The notes beneath the pieces were generated by a model. It was given only the letters and a program-made list of their open reading frames with translations. It was not told the DNA's origin and did no database searches. Positions 43,169 through 54,900 of a stretch of 64,000 nucleotides of DNA are shown here, piece by piece; position 1 is the stretch's first letter; each line of letters opens with the position of its first letter. This DNA comes from Geobacteraceae bacterium (GTDB lineage Bacteria; Desulfobacterota; Desulfuromonadia; Geobacterales; Pseudopelobacteraceae), in NCBI GenBank assembly GCA_025355965.1, contig JANXYR010000075.1, positions 6,712-70,711 of the forward strand, in the 5' to 3' direction. A program made the translations under genes and the position numbers.

Positions 43169-45769
43169 TTATTTAATGCAAAGTGCTCCGTTCTCCAGAG
43201 CGACAGTCAGTGTTCCACCTTCAATCACATCTCCACCAATTATCGCTCTGGCGACACGGGTTTCCAGTTCCCGCTGCAGGTAGCGTTTGAGCGGCCTGGC
43301 ACCGTAAACCGGATCGTATCCAGCTTTGGCAACAAATGCCAAAGCTTCTTTGCTAATTTCAAGTGTTATGCGCTGATCTTTCAAGCGCTGCTTTAGCTGA
43401 TTCGCCAGGAGATCGGCAATTTTCATCACCTCATCAAGGTGTAGCGGTTTAAAAAGTACAATATCGTCAACGCGATTTAAAAACTCGGGTCGGAAACCGG
43501 CTTTGAGTTCGTTCATGACGCTCTTGCGAGCATCTTCCCTGATCTCACCGGTTGGTGTGATTCCCTCCAACAGATACGCAGAGCCGATATTGGAAGTCAT
43601 GATGATGACGGTATTCTTGAAACTGACCGTTCGACCATGGCTGTCGGTTACTCTGCCATCATCAAGAATCTGAAGCAGGATATTAAAAACGTCAGGGTGA
43701 GCTTTCTCAATTTCGTCGAACAGCAGGACACTGTAAGGTTTACGCCTTACAGCTTCGGTCAGCTGTCCACCCTCCTCATAGCCGACATAACCAGGGGGCG
43801 CCCCTATCAGTCGTGACACGGCAAACTTCTCCATATACTCAGACATATCGATCCGCACCATATTCTCTTCGGAATCAAATAGTGCCTCGGCCAGGGTACG
43901 GGCCAGTTCCGTTTTGCCAACACCGGTCGGGCCGAGGAATATGAAGGAGCCGATCGGACGACGTGGATCCTTGATGCCGGAGCGGGCACGAAGCACCGCA
44001 TCTGACACCAGTTGCACCGCCTCATCCTGTCCAATAACCCGTTGGTGCAGGATATCCTCCAGTCGCAGCAGCTTCTCCCGTTCACCCTCCACAAGACGGA
44101 GTACCGGGATTCCGGTCCAATGAGCTACTATTTCGGCAATTTCATCTTCTGTGACCTCTTCCCGCAGTAGCTTCTGCCCCCCCTGTTTCTGGTTCAAGGC
44201 TGTTTCTTCATTTTTCAAGGCCGTTTCAAGGCCGGGCAGTTCGGAATATTTAAGCTTTGAGGCCTGTTCCAGATTACCGGCTCTTTCTGCTTGCTCAATT
44301 TCACGGCGCGTTCTCTCTAGTTGCTCCCGCAAACCTTGTACCCGCTGGATTGCAATCTTTTCTGAATCATACTGCGCCCTCATGGTGTTGGCCTTTTCAC
44401 GATCATCAGCCAAATCTTTACGCAGAGCTTCAAGGCGTTCCTTGCTGGCTTTGTCCTTCTCTTTTTTGAGGGCAACCTCTTCTATCTCCAGTTGCATAAC
44501 TTTACGAGAAATAGTGTCCAGTTCCGATGGCAACGAGTCAATTTCAGTTCTGAGCATTGCACAGGCTTCATCAACCAGATCGATTGCCTTGTCCGGCAGG
44601 AAGCGCTCGGTGATATAGCGGTTGGAGAGAGTGGCAGCCGCTACCAGGGCGTTGTCCTGAATCCTGACTCCGTGATGCACCTCAAAGCGCTCTCTTAAGC
44701 CCCGCAGAATCGACACCGTATCCTCAACAGTTGGTTGCTCGACCAAAACCGGTTGGAAACGACGCTCCAGGGCAGCATCCTTTTCGATATGCATACGATA
44801 TTCATCAAGAGTCGTAGCGCCAATACAGTGCAATTCGCCCCGGGCCAGCATTGGTTTCAGCATATTGCCGGCGTCCATTGAACCCTCGGCTTTACCGGCT
44901 CCTACGATGGTATGCAGCTCGTCGATAAAGAGAATAATCTGTCCTTCAGCCTCCTTAATCTCGTTTAGTACCGCTTTCAAGCGTTCCTCAAATTCTCCGC
45001 GATACTTGGCCCCGGCAACCAGAGCTCCCATGTCAAGTGCAAAAACAATTTTATCCTTCAAACCCTCGGGTACGTCACCCCGTACAATGCGTTGAGCCAG
45101 ACCTTCAACAATGGCGGTTTTACCAACCCCAGGCTCACCAATCAGCACCGGATTGTTCTTGGTTTTACGGGACAACACCCGGATCACCCGGCGTACCTCT
45201 TCATCCCGTCCGATGACCGGATCAAGTTTGTCAGTGCGAGCCATTTTCACCAGATCACGACCGTATTTCTCTAGTGCTTCGTATGTTGCCTCGGGATTGG
45301 CACTCTGCACCCGCTGGCTGCCGCGCACTTCGGTCAGCGTCTTCAAAAAACGTTCGTGGCTGATTCCAGCCTGCTTGAGAATCCGCCCGGATGGAACCTT
45401 TTCACCTTCAGACAGTAGCGCCATAAACAGATGCTCTACCGAAACGTATTCATCTTTAAGCCGCTTGGCCTCATTTTCTGCCGCCACCAGAATGCGGTTC
45501 AGTCGCTGAGAAACGTAGATTTTCCCCGCTTCCGCACCCGGGCCGGAGACCCTGGGAATCCGGTCAAGCTCAGCTGTGACCTCGTTTTTGACCATCTCAG
45601 GGCGAATATCCATCCGCTGTAGGAGTCGCGATACCAAGCCGTCAGGCTGATCCAGCAGTGCCCAGAGCAGATGTTCGCAATCCACCTCAACATGCCCAAA
45701 CGAAACAGCTTTGTTTTGTGCTTCGGTAAAGGCTTCCTGGGATTTTTGCGTAAGCTTGTTGAAATCCAT
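43169..45769 (-). CDS. clpB: ATP-dependent chaperone ClpB
   Basis: Two AAA modules ([15 protein letters not shown]; [15 protein letters not shown]) separated by a long coiled-coil middle domain. Start moved to ATG 45769 ([22 protein letters not shown]). The ORF-track start at 45841 adds 24 atypical residues. Confidence 0.95.
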   Translation of the reverse strand: MDFNKLTQKSQEAFTEAQNKAVSFGHVEVDCEHLLWALLDQPDGLVSRLLQRMDIRPEMVKNEVTAELDRIPRVSGPGAEAGKIYVSQRLNRILVAAENEAKRLKDEYVSVEHLFMALLSEGEKVPSGRILKQAGISHERFLKTLTEVRGSQRVQSANPEATYEALEKYGRDLVKMARTDKLDPVIGRDEEVRRVIRVLSRKTKNNPVLIGEPGVGKTAIVEGLAQRIVRGDVPEGLKDKIVFALDMGALVAGAKYRGEFEERLKAVLNEIKEAEGQIILFIDELHTIVGAGKAEGSMDAGNMLKPMLARGELHCIGATTLDEYRMHIEKDAALERRFQPVLVEQPTVEDTVSILRGLRERFEVHHGVRIQDNALVAAATLSNRYITERFLPDKAIDLVDEACAMLRTEIDSLPSELDTISRKVMQLEIEEVALKKEKDKASKERLEALRKDLADDREKANTMRAQYDSEKIAIQRVQGLREQLERTRREIEQAERAGNLEQASKLKYSELPGLETALKNEETALNQKQGGQKLLREEVTEDEIAEIVAHWTGIPVLRLVEGEREKLLRLEDILHQRVIGQDEAVQLVSDAVLRARSGIKDPRRPIGSFIFLGPTGVGKTELARTLAEALFDSEENMVRIDMSEYMEKFAVSRLIGAPPGYVGYEEGGQLTEAVRRKPYSVLLFDEIEKAHPDVFNILLQILDDGRVTDSHGRTVSFKNTVIIMTSNIGSAYLLEGITPTGEIREDARKSVMNELKAGFRPEFLNRVDDIVLFKPLHLDEVMKIADLLANQLKQRLKDQRITLEISKEALAFVAKAGYDPVYGARPLKRYLQRELETRVARAIIGGDVIEGGTLTVALENGALCIK

Positions 45770-45929
45770 ATTTGTGCCTCTTTTTGATTCGTCTTTTACT
45801 TCATCTATCAAAAAGTTAAGCATGGAATTAGCTGAAGTCAAGCCGCTCTGAGCAGAATCAGTCAGTTTCTGGTGGATTATGAAAATTTTATCTGGGAGGA
45901 GTATTTCGATTTTTTCGTGAAATTAAAGT

Positions 45930-45960
45930 GAATCTCCCCGCCCTGTGGGCGGGGAGATTC
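45930..45960 (-). terminator. GC-rich hairpin downstream of the HD-GYP gene / upstream of the clpB promoter region
   Basis: gaatctccccgccc (45930-45943) / gggcggggagattc (45947-45960), a 14-bp perfect inverted repeat. No clean U-run follows on the minus strand, so terminator function is uncertain. Confidence 0.5.
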
Positions 45961-46018
45961 ACTCGCCGATAAAATTGTCAGGCTGATTGCGGAATGTGAG
46001 CAGGAAGTCCAGAGAAAG

Positions 46019-47176
46019 TTAGATGCGGTCAGTTGATTCGGTCAACACCAAAATAATCTTTAAAAAGTTTCTTGTCAGGGTTGGGTGAAGGTCTGCTCCG
46101 ATCATATTCTGCATCATGTCGGTAATCTGCTTAACTTCAATAGATTTCCGATAGGAACGCTTGGTTCGTAACGCGTCAAAAAAATCAGATATCGCTGTCA
46201 TGTGGCTGCAGAGGTTTTGTTGCCAATCGGTTGGAACTTTAGGATATCCACTCAGATTGAATTTCAGGTGATGTTCATAGGCGGTTACAACTGCCAGTCG
46301 CGGGACACCTGAAGTTTCAAGCAGGTGACGGGCCCCCTTGACCGGATGCTGTTTTATAATGTTAAACTCTTTATCAGTAAGTCTCTCGGTTTTGGTAAGT
46401 ATCTCTTCCGGAATGAATAGTTTGCCAATATCGTGCAGCATGGCCGCTACACCGATATCGTTTAATAACTGCCCTTCGATACCAAGTGCCATCGCCTGTG
46501 CCAGGTTAAGGACACAAACATTGGTAGAGTGTGTAAATGTGTATTCGTCTGTTTCCTTCAGAGCGGCCATAGCGAGGAGCGGTTTCCCCTCCTGCCGGAA
46601 TACATTGATAAATCCTGCCACAACATCATATACGCCGTTGATCTGAAGCTTATGCTTTTTCTTGACGGCCTCATAGATTTCCATGAAATTTGCCAATTCA
46701 ACACGCGGCATGTCGGGCAACGTAATACTTGTTTTATTAGATCCGATGAGGTCAGCATCACCGGATAATCCTGAAACTTGAAGATCCACTTTGCCGAAAC
46801 GAATGTGGTCAGACGATGCAATCGCAAGTGTGCCGCCATCCGATTGATTGCTGAGCCCTCTTATCAGAGCATTTACTTCGAGTTTTGTTATTCCGTACAG
46901 CAGTTTGATTGTACCAATATCGCGGGATTTCAAAATCTGAGTAAAGCGATCGAGAAACAGGCCTAGTTCTTGAGGTTGGCCATCAATTATCAGCTCATTT
47001 TCCACAACCATTAATGTAACTTCCGGCCTGGATTTGAGTATTTCGCCGATACTGGTAAAAGACTGTGAAGTAAGTCGCTCCACCTGTGGGTGTTCCATGC
47101 CGTAAAGAGATGCATTGGCTGTGGCGGATAACAGATGACGGATAAAATCAAGAATATGCTGACTGTCGTTACTCAT
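46019..47176 (-). CDS. HD-GYP-family phosphohydrolase with an N-terminal domain paralogous to the upstream gene
   Basis: MLHDIGKLFIP (HD) and EHHLKFNLSGYP, a partly degenerate version of HHExxDGxGYP. Confidence 0.85.
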   Translation of the reverse strand: MSNDSQHILDFIRHLLSATANASLYGMEHPQVERLTSQSFTSIGEILKSRPEVTLMVVENELIIDGQPQELGLFLDRFTQILKSRDIGTIKLLYGITKLEVNALIRGLSNQSDGGTLAIASSDHIRFGKVDLQVSGLSGDADLIGSNKTSITLPDMPRVELANFMEIYEAVKKKHKLQINGVYDVVAGFINVFRQEGKPLLAMAALKETDEYTFTHSTNVCVLNLAQAMALGIEGQLLNDIGVAAMLHDIGKLFIPEEILTKTERLTDKEFNIIKQHPVKGARHLLETSGVPRLAVVTAYEHHLKFNLSGYPKVPTDWQQNLCSHMTAISDFFDALRTKRSYRKSIEVKQITDMMQNMIGADLHPTLTRNFLKIILVLTESTDRI

Positions 47177-49341
47177 GCTTGCTTTCCTGAAATCATTTTC
47201 AATGTTTCTTTTGCCAAGCTGGCAATTTCACCATAACCTTCTGCAATGTGTTCAAGCAATGGACGCGAAATGTTTGGAGAATATTTTGGAAAAGAACGAA
47301 TAATGTCTGTTTTCAGTTTGGTCAGTTGTCGTGAACGAAACAGACTGCGGCGACTTAAAATCTTTGCGAGTTCAGGCAATACTTCAGCCTGTCCAATTTC
47401 TCCCAGCGCATGAACAATAGAGCTTTTTCTATCACATTCAATCTGTGAAAATCCGCCCAATGACAACAAACCTATCAGCTTGGTTACAATAGCTGGTGAT
47501 GTACATCGTTCAGCCAGCTGAATAGCAGCGGACTGTAATTCCAAATTTTGAGACTCCAGATCTACTAAAATCATCTTTTCGGCTTGAGAATCGTTAAAAT
47601 GCACCAGAGCTTTAAGTGCTTCGTGACGCAGTCTATGGTCTTCACTACGCAGCAGAGGGCGGACTAGTGCAACTACTTCCGGGTCGTTTTGGGCAGTAAG
47701 GATAATCAGCAGATTGCGAAGGAAATACCAGCGTTTGTCATTCAGCCTATTGATAATAGGCACCCGCGTCACCGGCCCCATTTCAATCAGGCAATCTATA
47801 TAGAATCGCCTTATTGACATATTTTTTTCTTCCGGCAAGCGATCCAGAATCGCCTCAACAAACTGGGCGCCAAATTTGTGAATTAAAGAGCGGATATCTC
47901 CATAGCGTGGTTTGCCCCAAATGGTGAGGCCGTCAAGAATCTCTTCCAAATACTCTCGCCGTCCGTACTCATCCCGTAGTCGGTATTGAATTTCAACTGG
48001 GAATGTCCCGTCAGTCATCTGGTCAATCATAGTGTGTAATTGGCCATAGTCGCCGGTCTCCAGATAAAAACCGAACATATCACGTAGATTATGCAGTAGT
48101 AACTCGCGCTCTTCAGGTGTTTCAACTCCCTCACGGACAAAATTCATCAGGATTTGCCCGACACTGTTTTCAATAGATCTGTTTTCAACTGTTTTCATTA
48201 AAGCAGTGACATCTTCCATATGATATGAGGGAATTTGGTCAGATGAAATGATATAATCAAGATTTTTCTGGTAATCATCAGGCACAAACTCTTCTGTTGC
48301 ATGTTCCTGGAAGATTGTTTTCATCTTTTGGAGAAGTTCATTTTCCTCATAAATTTCTTCAGCAACATTTTCAGTTGAGCTGATACTTTTCCCGAGGCGC
48401 TGCAAAAGTCCGAAGATAGCTGGTGATACATTGAGACGGTTATTGTTGATGTCTTCGATTGTTTCAAGTATTGCGCTTTCTGATAGGTTGTTGATAATAC
48501 GCTCTGCGGTTGCTTGCCGATTCTGGCTATTGTTTCCGAAGGAGCTGTCAAGGAATTGTCTGCGCAGTTCCGGGGTGAGATTGCTGATAAAAGTGGCAAG
48601 TTTTTGGTACGGTTGTCCGGAAATAATTTCAGAAGAAGAGATAGTGCCATCAGGAGCTAAAAAATTAGCAATAGCTTCACGTATCTCAGCTTCATTAATG
48701 CTACCATTGGCAAACTGCTTATTCAGTACTATTGCAAGAATCTCCGGATCAAGGCGTTTATCTTCGCTGCTTCCATAAGACAATTCTTTAAGCGTAAGCT
48801 CTCTCGCAAATCTGTCCCACAACCCTTCTCCGGACAAAAGGGACTTATCTTCGGTGACAGGAACATCATCTGTTGACTGGAAAAGATCATATCTGATAGG
48901 CCGGATTGACATAGCGTTTATGCGAGCCTTGGCCCATACCTGTTCAATACCGCCATGCTGTTGAATCTGTTCCCTTTTGAGACCTAAAATAACAGTGAAA
49001 TTATTAAGCTCTTCAATAGTAAGGCCATTGTGAAACAGAAGTGCACCAATACCACGTTCAAATAAGGCACGCGAAAAGTCCCGGTAAACCACGTTAGACT
49101 TTTCAAGAATGACACCATCTACCATCAAGGTATCACTCGTGACACCCAGAATAAGTTCTTCATGTTTTTGGAGCAGATCTTCGTAAACACGGAGTACTTT
49201 TGTTAAGGATGCAGTAATGACCGGATGGCCTTTGGGGTAGGCGCCACAATTGCGTCGAGCAATATTAAGCTCAATAATTAGGGTCGCAAGCGACTTGGCA
49301 TCAACTGTATTAGTTGGTATGTCATTTGATTGAGTGATCAC
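47173..49341 (-). CDS. Large HEAT-repeat-containing protein, unknown function
   Basis: 722 aa. C-terminal HEAT-like repeats (LLRSEDHRLRHEALKALVHF, LELQSAAIQLAERC, IVHALGEIGQAEVLPELAKIL). The stop overlaps the HD-GYP start (ATGA-type). Confidence 0.65.
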   Translation of the reverse strand: MITQSNDIPTNTVDAKSLATLIIELNIARRNCGAYPKGHPVITASLTKVLRVYEDLLQKHEELILGVTSDTLMVDGVILEKSNVVYRDFSRALFERGIGALLFHNGLTIEELNNFTVILGLKREQIQQHGGIEQVWAKARINAMSIRPIRYDLFQSTDDVPVTEDKSLLSGEGLWDRFARELTLKELSYGSSEDKRLDPEILAIVLNKQFANGSINEAEIREAIANFLAPDGTISSSEIISGQPYQKLATFISNLTPELRRQFLDSSFGNNSQNRQATAERIINNLSESAILETIEDINNNRLNVSPAIFGLLQRLGKSISSTENVAEEIYEENELLQKMKTIFQEHATEEFVPDDYQKNLDYIISSDQIPSYHMEDVTALMKTVENRSIENSVGQILMNFVREGVETPEERELLLHNLRDMFGFYLETGDYGQLHTMIDQMTDGTFPVEIQYRLRDEYGRREYLEEILDGLTIWGKPRYGDIRSLIHKFGAQFVEAILDRLPEEKNMSIRRFYIDCLIEMGPVTRVPIINRLNDKRWYFLRNLLIILTAQNDPEVVALVRPLLRSEDHRLRHEALKALVHFNDSQAEKMILVDLESQNLELQSAAIQLAERCTSPAIVTKLIGLLSLGGFSQIECDRKSSIVHALGEIGQAEVLPELAKILSRRSLFRSRQLTKLKTDIIRSFPKYSPNISRPLLEHIAEGYGEIASLAKETLKMISGKQA

Positions 49342-49515
49342 GGTACCTTATACTAGCATTTAATAAAAATAAGGCTACAAAAAACATACTCATAAATGCA
49401 CCAACGTTAATAGCCTGAATCTTTGAAACCGTACAAGGTTATTAACTTTCTTCGTACTTGACCTCTCGGTCTATTTGCGCTAGCTTCCATCAAATTTTGC
49501 TTAAGGATTTCTTGT

Positions 49516-50076
49516 ATGAGGGTTATATCCGGAACATGTCGTGGTAAAAAGTTATTTGCGCCACCCGGAGTAACAACCAGGCCTACCTCTGATCGTGTTA
49601 AAGAAGCTCTTTTCAGTATTCTTGACAGTCGCATTGATTTTGCTGATGTCCGCGTTCTTGATATTTGTGCCGGCACCGGCAGTCTTGGTATCGAAGCGTT
49701 AAGTCGTGGGGCTGGGTCGTGTTGTTTTATTGAAAACAACCCATCTGTTAAAATAATACTTGAAAAAAATATACTGGCCACCTGTTGTCAGAGCCGATCT
49801 GAAATTATAATGATGGATGCAGTAAAGGCGCTACAGATGATTGCACGCCGTGGCACATGCTATGATCTTGTTTTTTTTGATCCGCCTTATGAATCAGAGT
49901 TATATAAAGATGTATTCGAAGTGCTTAACTCGCCCGGTCTTTTAACGCACTATTGTATAGCGGTTGCAGAATGTTCGGTACGAAACCGGTTATCGGAAAC
50001 GTATGGGCATTTAAAGCGTTTTGATCGGCGTGAATATGGAGAAACAGCGCTGGAATTGTTTGCACTGGAGGAATAA
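49516..50076 (+). CDS. rsmD: 16S rRNA (guanine966-N2)-methyltransferase RsmD
   Basis: MRVISGTCRGKKL..PPG..TRPTSDRVKEALFSIL and FFDPPY. Confidence 0.85.
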   Translation: MRVISGTCRGKKLFAPPGVTTRPTSDRVKEALFSILDSRIDFADVRVLDICAGTGSLGIEALSRGAGSCCFIENNPSVKIILEKNILATCCQSRSEIIMMDAVKALQMIARRGTCYDLVFFDPPYESELYKDVFEVLNSPGLLTHYCIAVAECSVRNRLSETYGHLKRFDRREYGETALELFALEE

Positions 50077-50558
50077 TGAAGAAAATAGCTGTTTATCCAG
50101 GGTCTTTTGATCCTATAACGTATGGCCACCTTGACATAATTAAACGAGGTCTGACGATATTTGATGAAATAATCGTTGCAGTTGCAAACAACTCGCAGAA
50201 AAATGCGCTGTTCACGACTGATGAAAGAGTTGAGTTGATTCAGGACGTAGTAAAAGGGGAGGGGAGGGTCTCCGTTGATACTTTTAGTGGGCTACTGATA
50301 GATTACGTCTCTTCTCGTGGCGCCCATGTCATCATTCGTGGCCTTCGGGCAATATCAGACTTTGAATATGAATTCCAGATAGCTCAGATGAACAGTAGTA
50401 TCGGCCGGGAGATTGAAACGCTTTTTATGATGACATCCCTGCAGTACGGCTATCTTTCCTCCTCAATTGTCAAGGAGGTCTGCTCACTAAACGGCAATAT
50501 TGACAAATTCGTTCCGCCAGAAGTGAAAACAGCACTGCGGCAAAAATACGGTTTATAG
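50076..50558 (+). CDS. coaD: Phosphopantetheine adenylyltransferase
   Basis: AVYPGSFDPITYGHLDII and IRGLRAISDFEYEFQIAQMN. Confidence 0.95.
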   Translation: MKKIAVYPGSFDPITYGHLDIIKRGLTIFDEIIVAVANNSQKNALFTTDERVELIQDVVKGEGRVSVDTFSGLLIDYVSSRGAHVIIRGLRAISDFEYEFQIAQMNSSIGREIETLFMMTSLQYGYLSSSIVKEVCSLNGNIDKFVPPEVKTALRQKYGL

Positions 50559-50623
50559 CAATTTCACTTTAGACAACTGGGCACTTCAAAGACTCCCAAT
50601 TTTTTAACCCGTGAGGTGTATAA

Positions 50624-50818
50624 ATGATTACTCAGGAAATGATAATTGCCGACATAATCGCACAGCACCCAGAGACACTACCGATTTTCAAATTGTATAA
50701 CCTTGAGTGTAACGAATGCCAGATTGCCGATCTTGAAACTTTGGGACATGGTGCAGGCGTCCACAAGATTGCAATTGACCAGTTGCTGGCTTCACTTAAT
50801 GATGCCCTTAAAAAATGA
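50624..50818 (+). CDS. DUF1858-type small redox-disulfide-like protein
   Basis: 64 aa. IIAQHPETLPIF and a CxxC (CNEC), typical of the hybrid-cluster-protein-associated DUF1858 family. Confidence 0.7.
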   Translation: MITQEMIIADIIAQHPETLPIFKLYNLECNECQIADLETLGHGAGVHKIAIDQLLASLNDALKK

Positions 50819-50851
50819 CCTGTCCAGCTAAATTATCCGGAGTCATGATAA

Positions 50852-51955
50852 ATGAGTGATATGGAACAATATTCTCGTTACTTTCCGGTTGGAAAAAAGG
50901 TAGGTGTCGGTATTCCGCTGCCCAATGCGGATGTTTTTCAGGACTGGGCACTCATTCATGCAATTGATGATGATCTTGTTTCTCTACAGCTCTCCCGTGA
51001 TGTTTTGCCGGTTGACGTATCGCTGCAATATGGACAAATTCTCGAATTGCGTGGTGGTAGTGATGGAAACGGTTACTGCTGTAGAGCAATTGTAGTTTCA
51101 GAAGGGGATGCCAGAGAATTATTATTACGGCTCATCGGTGAGATCGTATCAGATGAACTACGTGAGTTTTACCGAATTGATGCCTTTCTGCCTATTAAAT
51201 ATTTTGTTAGCGATGAACAGAATATAGATAAGCTCCGCAAACAGTGGAAAGAACGCCGGGCGTGTCGTCAACAACTGGAAGCAGAACAGAAGGATCACCG
51301 CAGGACCAGTAGTTTGCTGCCTGAAAATGCCGAGTTGCCAATTGACACCCTCCATGATTCTCTAAATACAGTAGATGATGAAGTGGTTCCTGAAAACAGT
51401 ACTGCTGAAGAAATTGCAAATGACTCCTGGGACACAATTATCCCGCTTGCAGCCAATATTAGCGGCGGTGGCCTACGCATTATTACTCATCAGGGGTTTG
51501 AAAATGGTGAGTACGCGTTGCTGGAGATTTTTGTGCCTTCCCCGCAACGAGTGATCGACGTTATTGGACGGGTAGTCTTTGCAAATCGCAACTATGCTGC
51601 CGGGAGCGATCATGAATATTTTAATACAGGTGTGCAGTTTGTGTGTCTGGACGAACGCGACCGGGATGCGATAGTAAGTTATATTTCCAACATTCAACTC
51701 AAAAGAATTCGGCAGCTGCGAGAGAGGTATTTATACAGAGGGGCACTGGATAATGAGGAAGAATTTAGTACATCCAGAAGGTTTGGTCTCAAGAACTCTG
51801 TGACATTAACAATTTCAGCAATACTTTTTATGGTGTTTGTTGCTTTATTGATTAACTATTTTTGGTATTACGTCCAAGTACATCCGAAGGGTGAGATTCA
51901 GCGAAATTTTGAAGATGGTGTCAAAAAATATAGAGAGCAGCAAATGCCAAATTAG
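50852..51955 (+). CDS. PilZ-domain protein with split c-di-GMP motifs and a C-terminal TM helix
   Basis: RxxxR (R104-EFY-R108) and NxSxxG (N202-ISGGG). C-terminal hydrophobic helix ISAILFMVFVALLINYFWYYV. Confidence 0.75.
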   Translation: MSDMEQYSRYFPVGKKVGVGIPLPNADVFQDWALIHAIDDDLVSLQLSRDVLPVDVSLQYGQILELRGGSDGNGYCCRAIVVSEGDARELLLRLIGEIVSDELREFYRIDAFLPIKYFVSDEQNIDKLRKQWKERRACRQQLEAEQKDHRRTSSLLPENAELPIDTLHDSLNTVDDEVVPENSTAEEIANDSWDTIIPLAANISGGGLRIITHQGFENGEYALLEIFVPSPQRVIDVIGRVVFANRNYAAGSDHEYFNTGVQFVCLDERDRDAIVSYISNIQLKRIRQLRERYLYRGALDNEEEFSTSRRFGLKNSVTLTISAILFMVFVALLINYFWYYVQVHPKGEIQRNFEDGVKKYREQQMPN

Positions 51956-51960
51956 GACCG

Positions 51961-54900
51961 TCAATCAAGTAATATCTCACTGGCACGTCGTATAAATTTC
52001 GGTAGTGGCCGATCAAAGTAAATTCCACTCATTGCTGAAGCTGCTGAAACACCACGCAGATAGAGATATATTACACCACCAAAATGTTTTTCATAGCTGT
52101 AACCGGGGAGTCGTACTTTTAAAAGTCGGTCTAAAGCCAGGGTATACAGGTGATATTGAAGAATATAGGCACTGCGACACATTGATTCGTGCATTTTATC
52201 TTGGTTGTAATCGGAGGCTTTCATGCCGAGATGGTTTGATTTCCAATCAAGAATATAAAAACGACCGTTGTGTGTGAAAACCAGATCAATGAAACCTTGC
52301 AGCATGCCGCGGCTCTGCCGGAATGAAAGCCGGCTCAGCATATCATAATAATCCCCGAAAGTTGCACCATCAAGAATCCCTTCAAACAGAGAGTACAAAA
52401 TATCTGGTGCAAGTTGTCTGATTGGAAGATAAAACTCCATTTCAGTCTGCCAGTCACCTTTTATTAGTTGTGACAGACTAAAATCAGGATGGTCCGAAAT
52501 AATCCGGGCAGAAGTGACATCTGCCACCATTTTGCTAACTGCTGGCAGCCACTGTTCGTGGAAGCCATTGCTGGCAAGTGAAGAGCGTAAAATATCTGTA
52601 ATGTAGCGGCTGTTTAACTGAGCGAAATCAAGCAGCTCAAAAACTTCATGGAGACAGGTTCCGGCTTTTGCACCTCGGGGGAAGTCAAAGATAGTCAATC
52701 CACTGGAAATCTGCTCGATTTCAGGCTGGCTTGCTGTAATAACATCCGGTATTGAATCGTGGTCATGCGGTTCAAAAACATGTGCAGCCCCGGAAGTCAT
52801 GCTGCTAAAACTGGCAACGTGCCAATCATCACGAGGTGGTTGCCCCAGTGTTCGACAGCTGTATGGTGAATCAGCTGTTTCATTTGCATGATATCCGGCA
52901 GCAGGTGCATCCAAAGGCATGATTCCCGCGTAAATACCGGTGTCTCCAGATGCTGACAGCAGCTTCACGTCATCAAGAATTGCCATGTCACTAAGTGCTG
53001 AAAACTTCCTGTTATCCTTTATCGTAGACTCTCCACGCAGTAGCTGATAAAGCGGTGAATCAACCGCGCCGTTTATGCCACCCCAGACAGTATAACAGCG
53101 GAACTCTGCCCGGGTCAAAGCTACGTACAGCAGTCTGGTGGCCTCAGCTTCCCGCTCTACTGCTGTCCGATGCAGGTTTTCTTCTCCCCCTGCAAGGTCC
53201 AGTATCAGCTCTCCGTTATCATTATGGAATAGTGCCCTATCTGCTTTAGCGGACTGGACATCCCACGCAAAAGGTACGAATACAACAGGATACTGCAGAC
53301 CTTTGCTGGCATGAATAGTTGAGATCATTACCGAATCATTGTCCGTTTCAAGCCGGAGTAATGCTGTCTCGTCCTTGCTAGTTCCACCAATTCTCCGTTC
53401 TAACCATGTGATCAAGCCGGCCAGATTTTTACCCTGTTCGAGCTCAATCTGGTGCAGTAATTCAGAACAATGAAGAATGTTAGTAAGGCACCGCTCCCCT
53501 CCAACACGAGCTAATACAGAAGCCCGTACGCCACAACTCCCGAGCAGGCGTGATACAAACGCTACAATACCGCCGGAAACGGCGGCACTATGCAGATTCC
53601 TGAAACGAAGCAGCCATGTCTCCCACTCCGGATGGTCCCCCGAGCTTTCCACATAACTTGAAATCTGATTGGCGCTCAATCCCATACTGGCAGTCAGTAA
53701 CGCTTCACGAAGCAGAGTTTCTCGATGTGGTTCCGCTGCTGCCCGCAAAATTCTCAATAGATCAAGTGCTTCAGGCGTCTCAAAAATAGTCGAGCTTCCT
53801 TGCTGCACAGACGGTATGCCGAGCGCTAAAAGTGCCTTCTGTACTTGATCGGCTTGTTTGTGAGCTTTTACCAGTACGGCGATATCGCCAGGTTTCAGCG
53901 GGTGTGTCTGCCCCGAAACTGAGATGGTAACGCTGCCAGGTTCAAGCAGACGGGCAATTTCTCCAGCAACTGCCATAACGATGTTGCGGGTGGCCACCGG
54001 CTTCACTTCAAATTTCGATTCGTCATTCCGTGGATATACCCAGATCTTGAGTGGCTGTTTGTCAGGGAGACCGGCTATCAACAACTGGTCATTTGCAGAA
54101 CGACCGGATTCCACCGGATGGAAAGGTATCTCTTTACACATAAATGGATCAGAACTGACTGCAAACAGCGTGGTAACGGCTTTCACCAGTGCTGCGTCTG
54201 AACGAAAATTGATTCCCAGTGTATGCACGTTTTTAGTGGTGACGTTCCTGCCCGCATTCAGATAGGCAAAAACATCCGCTCCTCTAAAACTGTAAATAGC
54301 CTGCTTCGGGTCTCCAATCAGGAACAGCGGATAATCTTGCTCAGCTCCTATACGTTTGAAAATGTTCCACTGGAGAGGGTCGGTATCCTGAAATTCATCA
54401 ATCATGGCCGCACTGTAGCGTTGCCGCAATCTTTCAGCAAGAGCAGCCCCGGATACTGATTCAAGTGCAAGATGAAGATCGAGCAGCAAGTCATCGAATG
54501 CACGTTGGTTTAACTGTTTTTTGCGCTGACTTAATTCCTGTTCAAGCCACTTTTTTAAATCTTGCTGACAGAAAATAATCTGGTTCTGAAAAGCTTGTTC
54601 AATCGAAGTGGTTACCTTTGATAACTGCAGGCAGATGGCAAAAAATGGGTGATCAGGTATGAGTAGGGAAGCTTTGGTAGTTTTTGAAGCGATCTTTTCC
54701 GCAGAAAAAAAATCAAGTTTATTGTTTGGTAGAGCAGCATTTCCACATTCTGCCCAACTGTCAAAGGAGTTTGCAGCGTCCTCAATCTGAGATGGTTTAT
54801 AGCTCTGCTGGTTTAAGCGTGCCTGCTCAATCTGACTGATGATTTCGCTGCGGTGGCTACTCCAGATGGCGCAGGCCTGGGCATAGAGAATGTCACGCTC

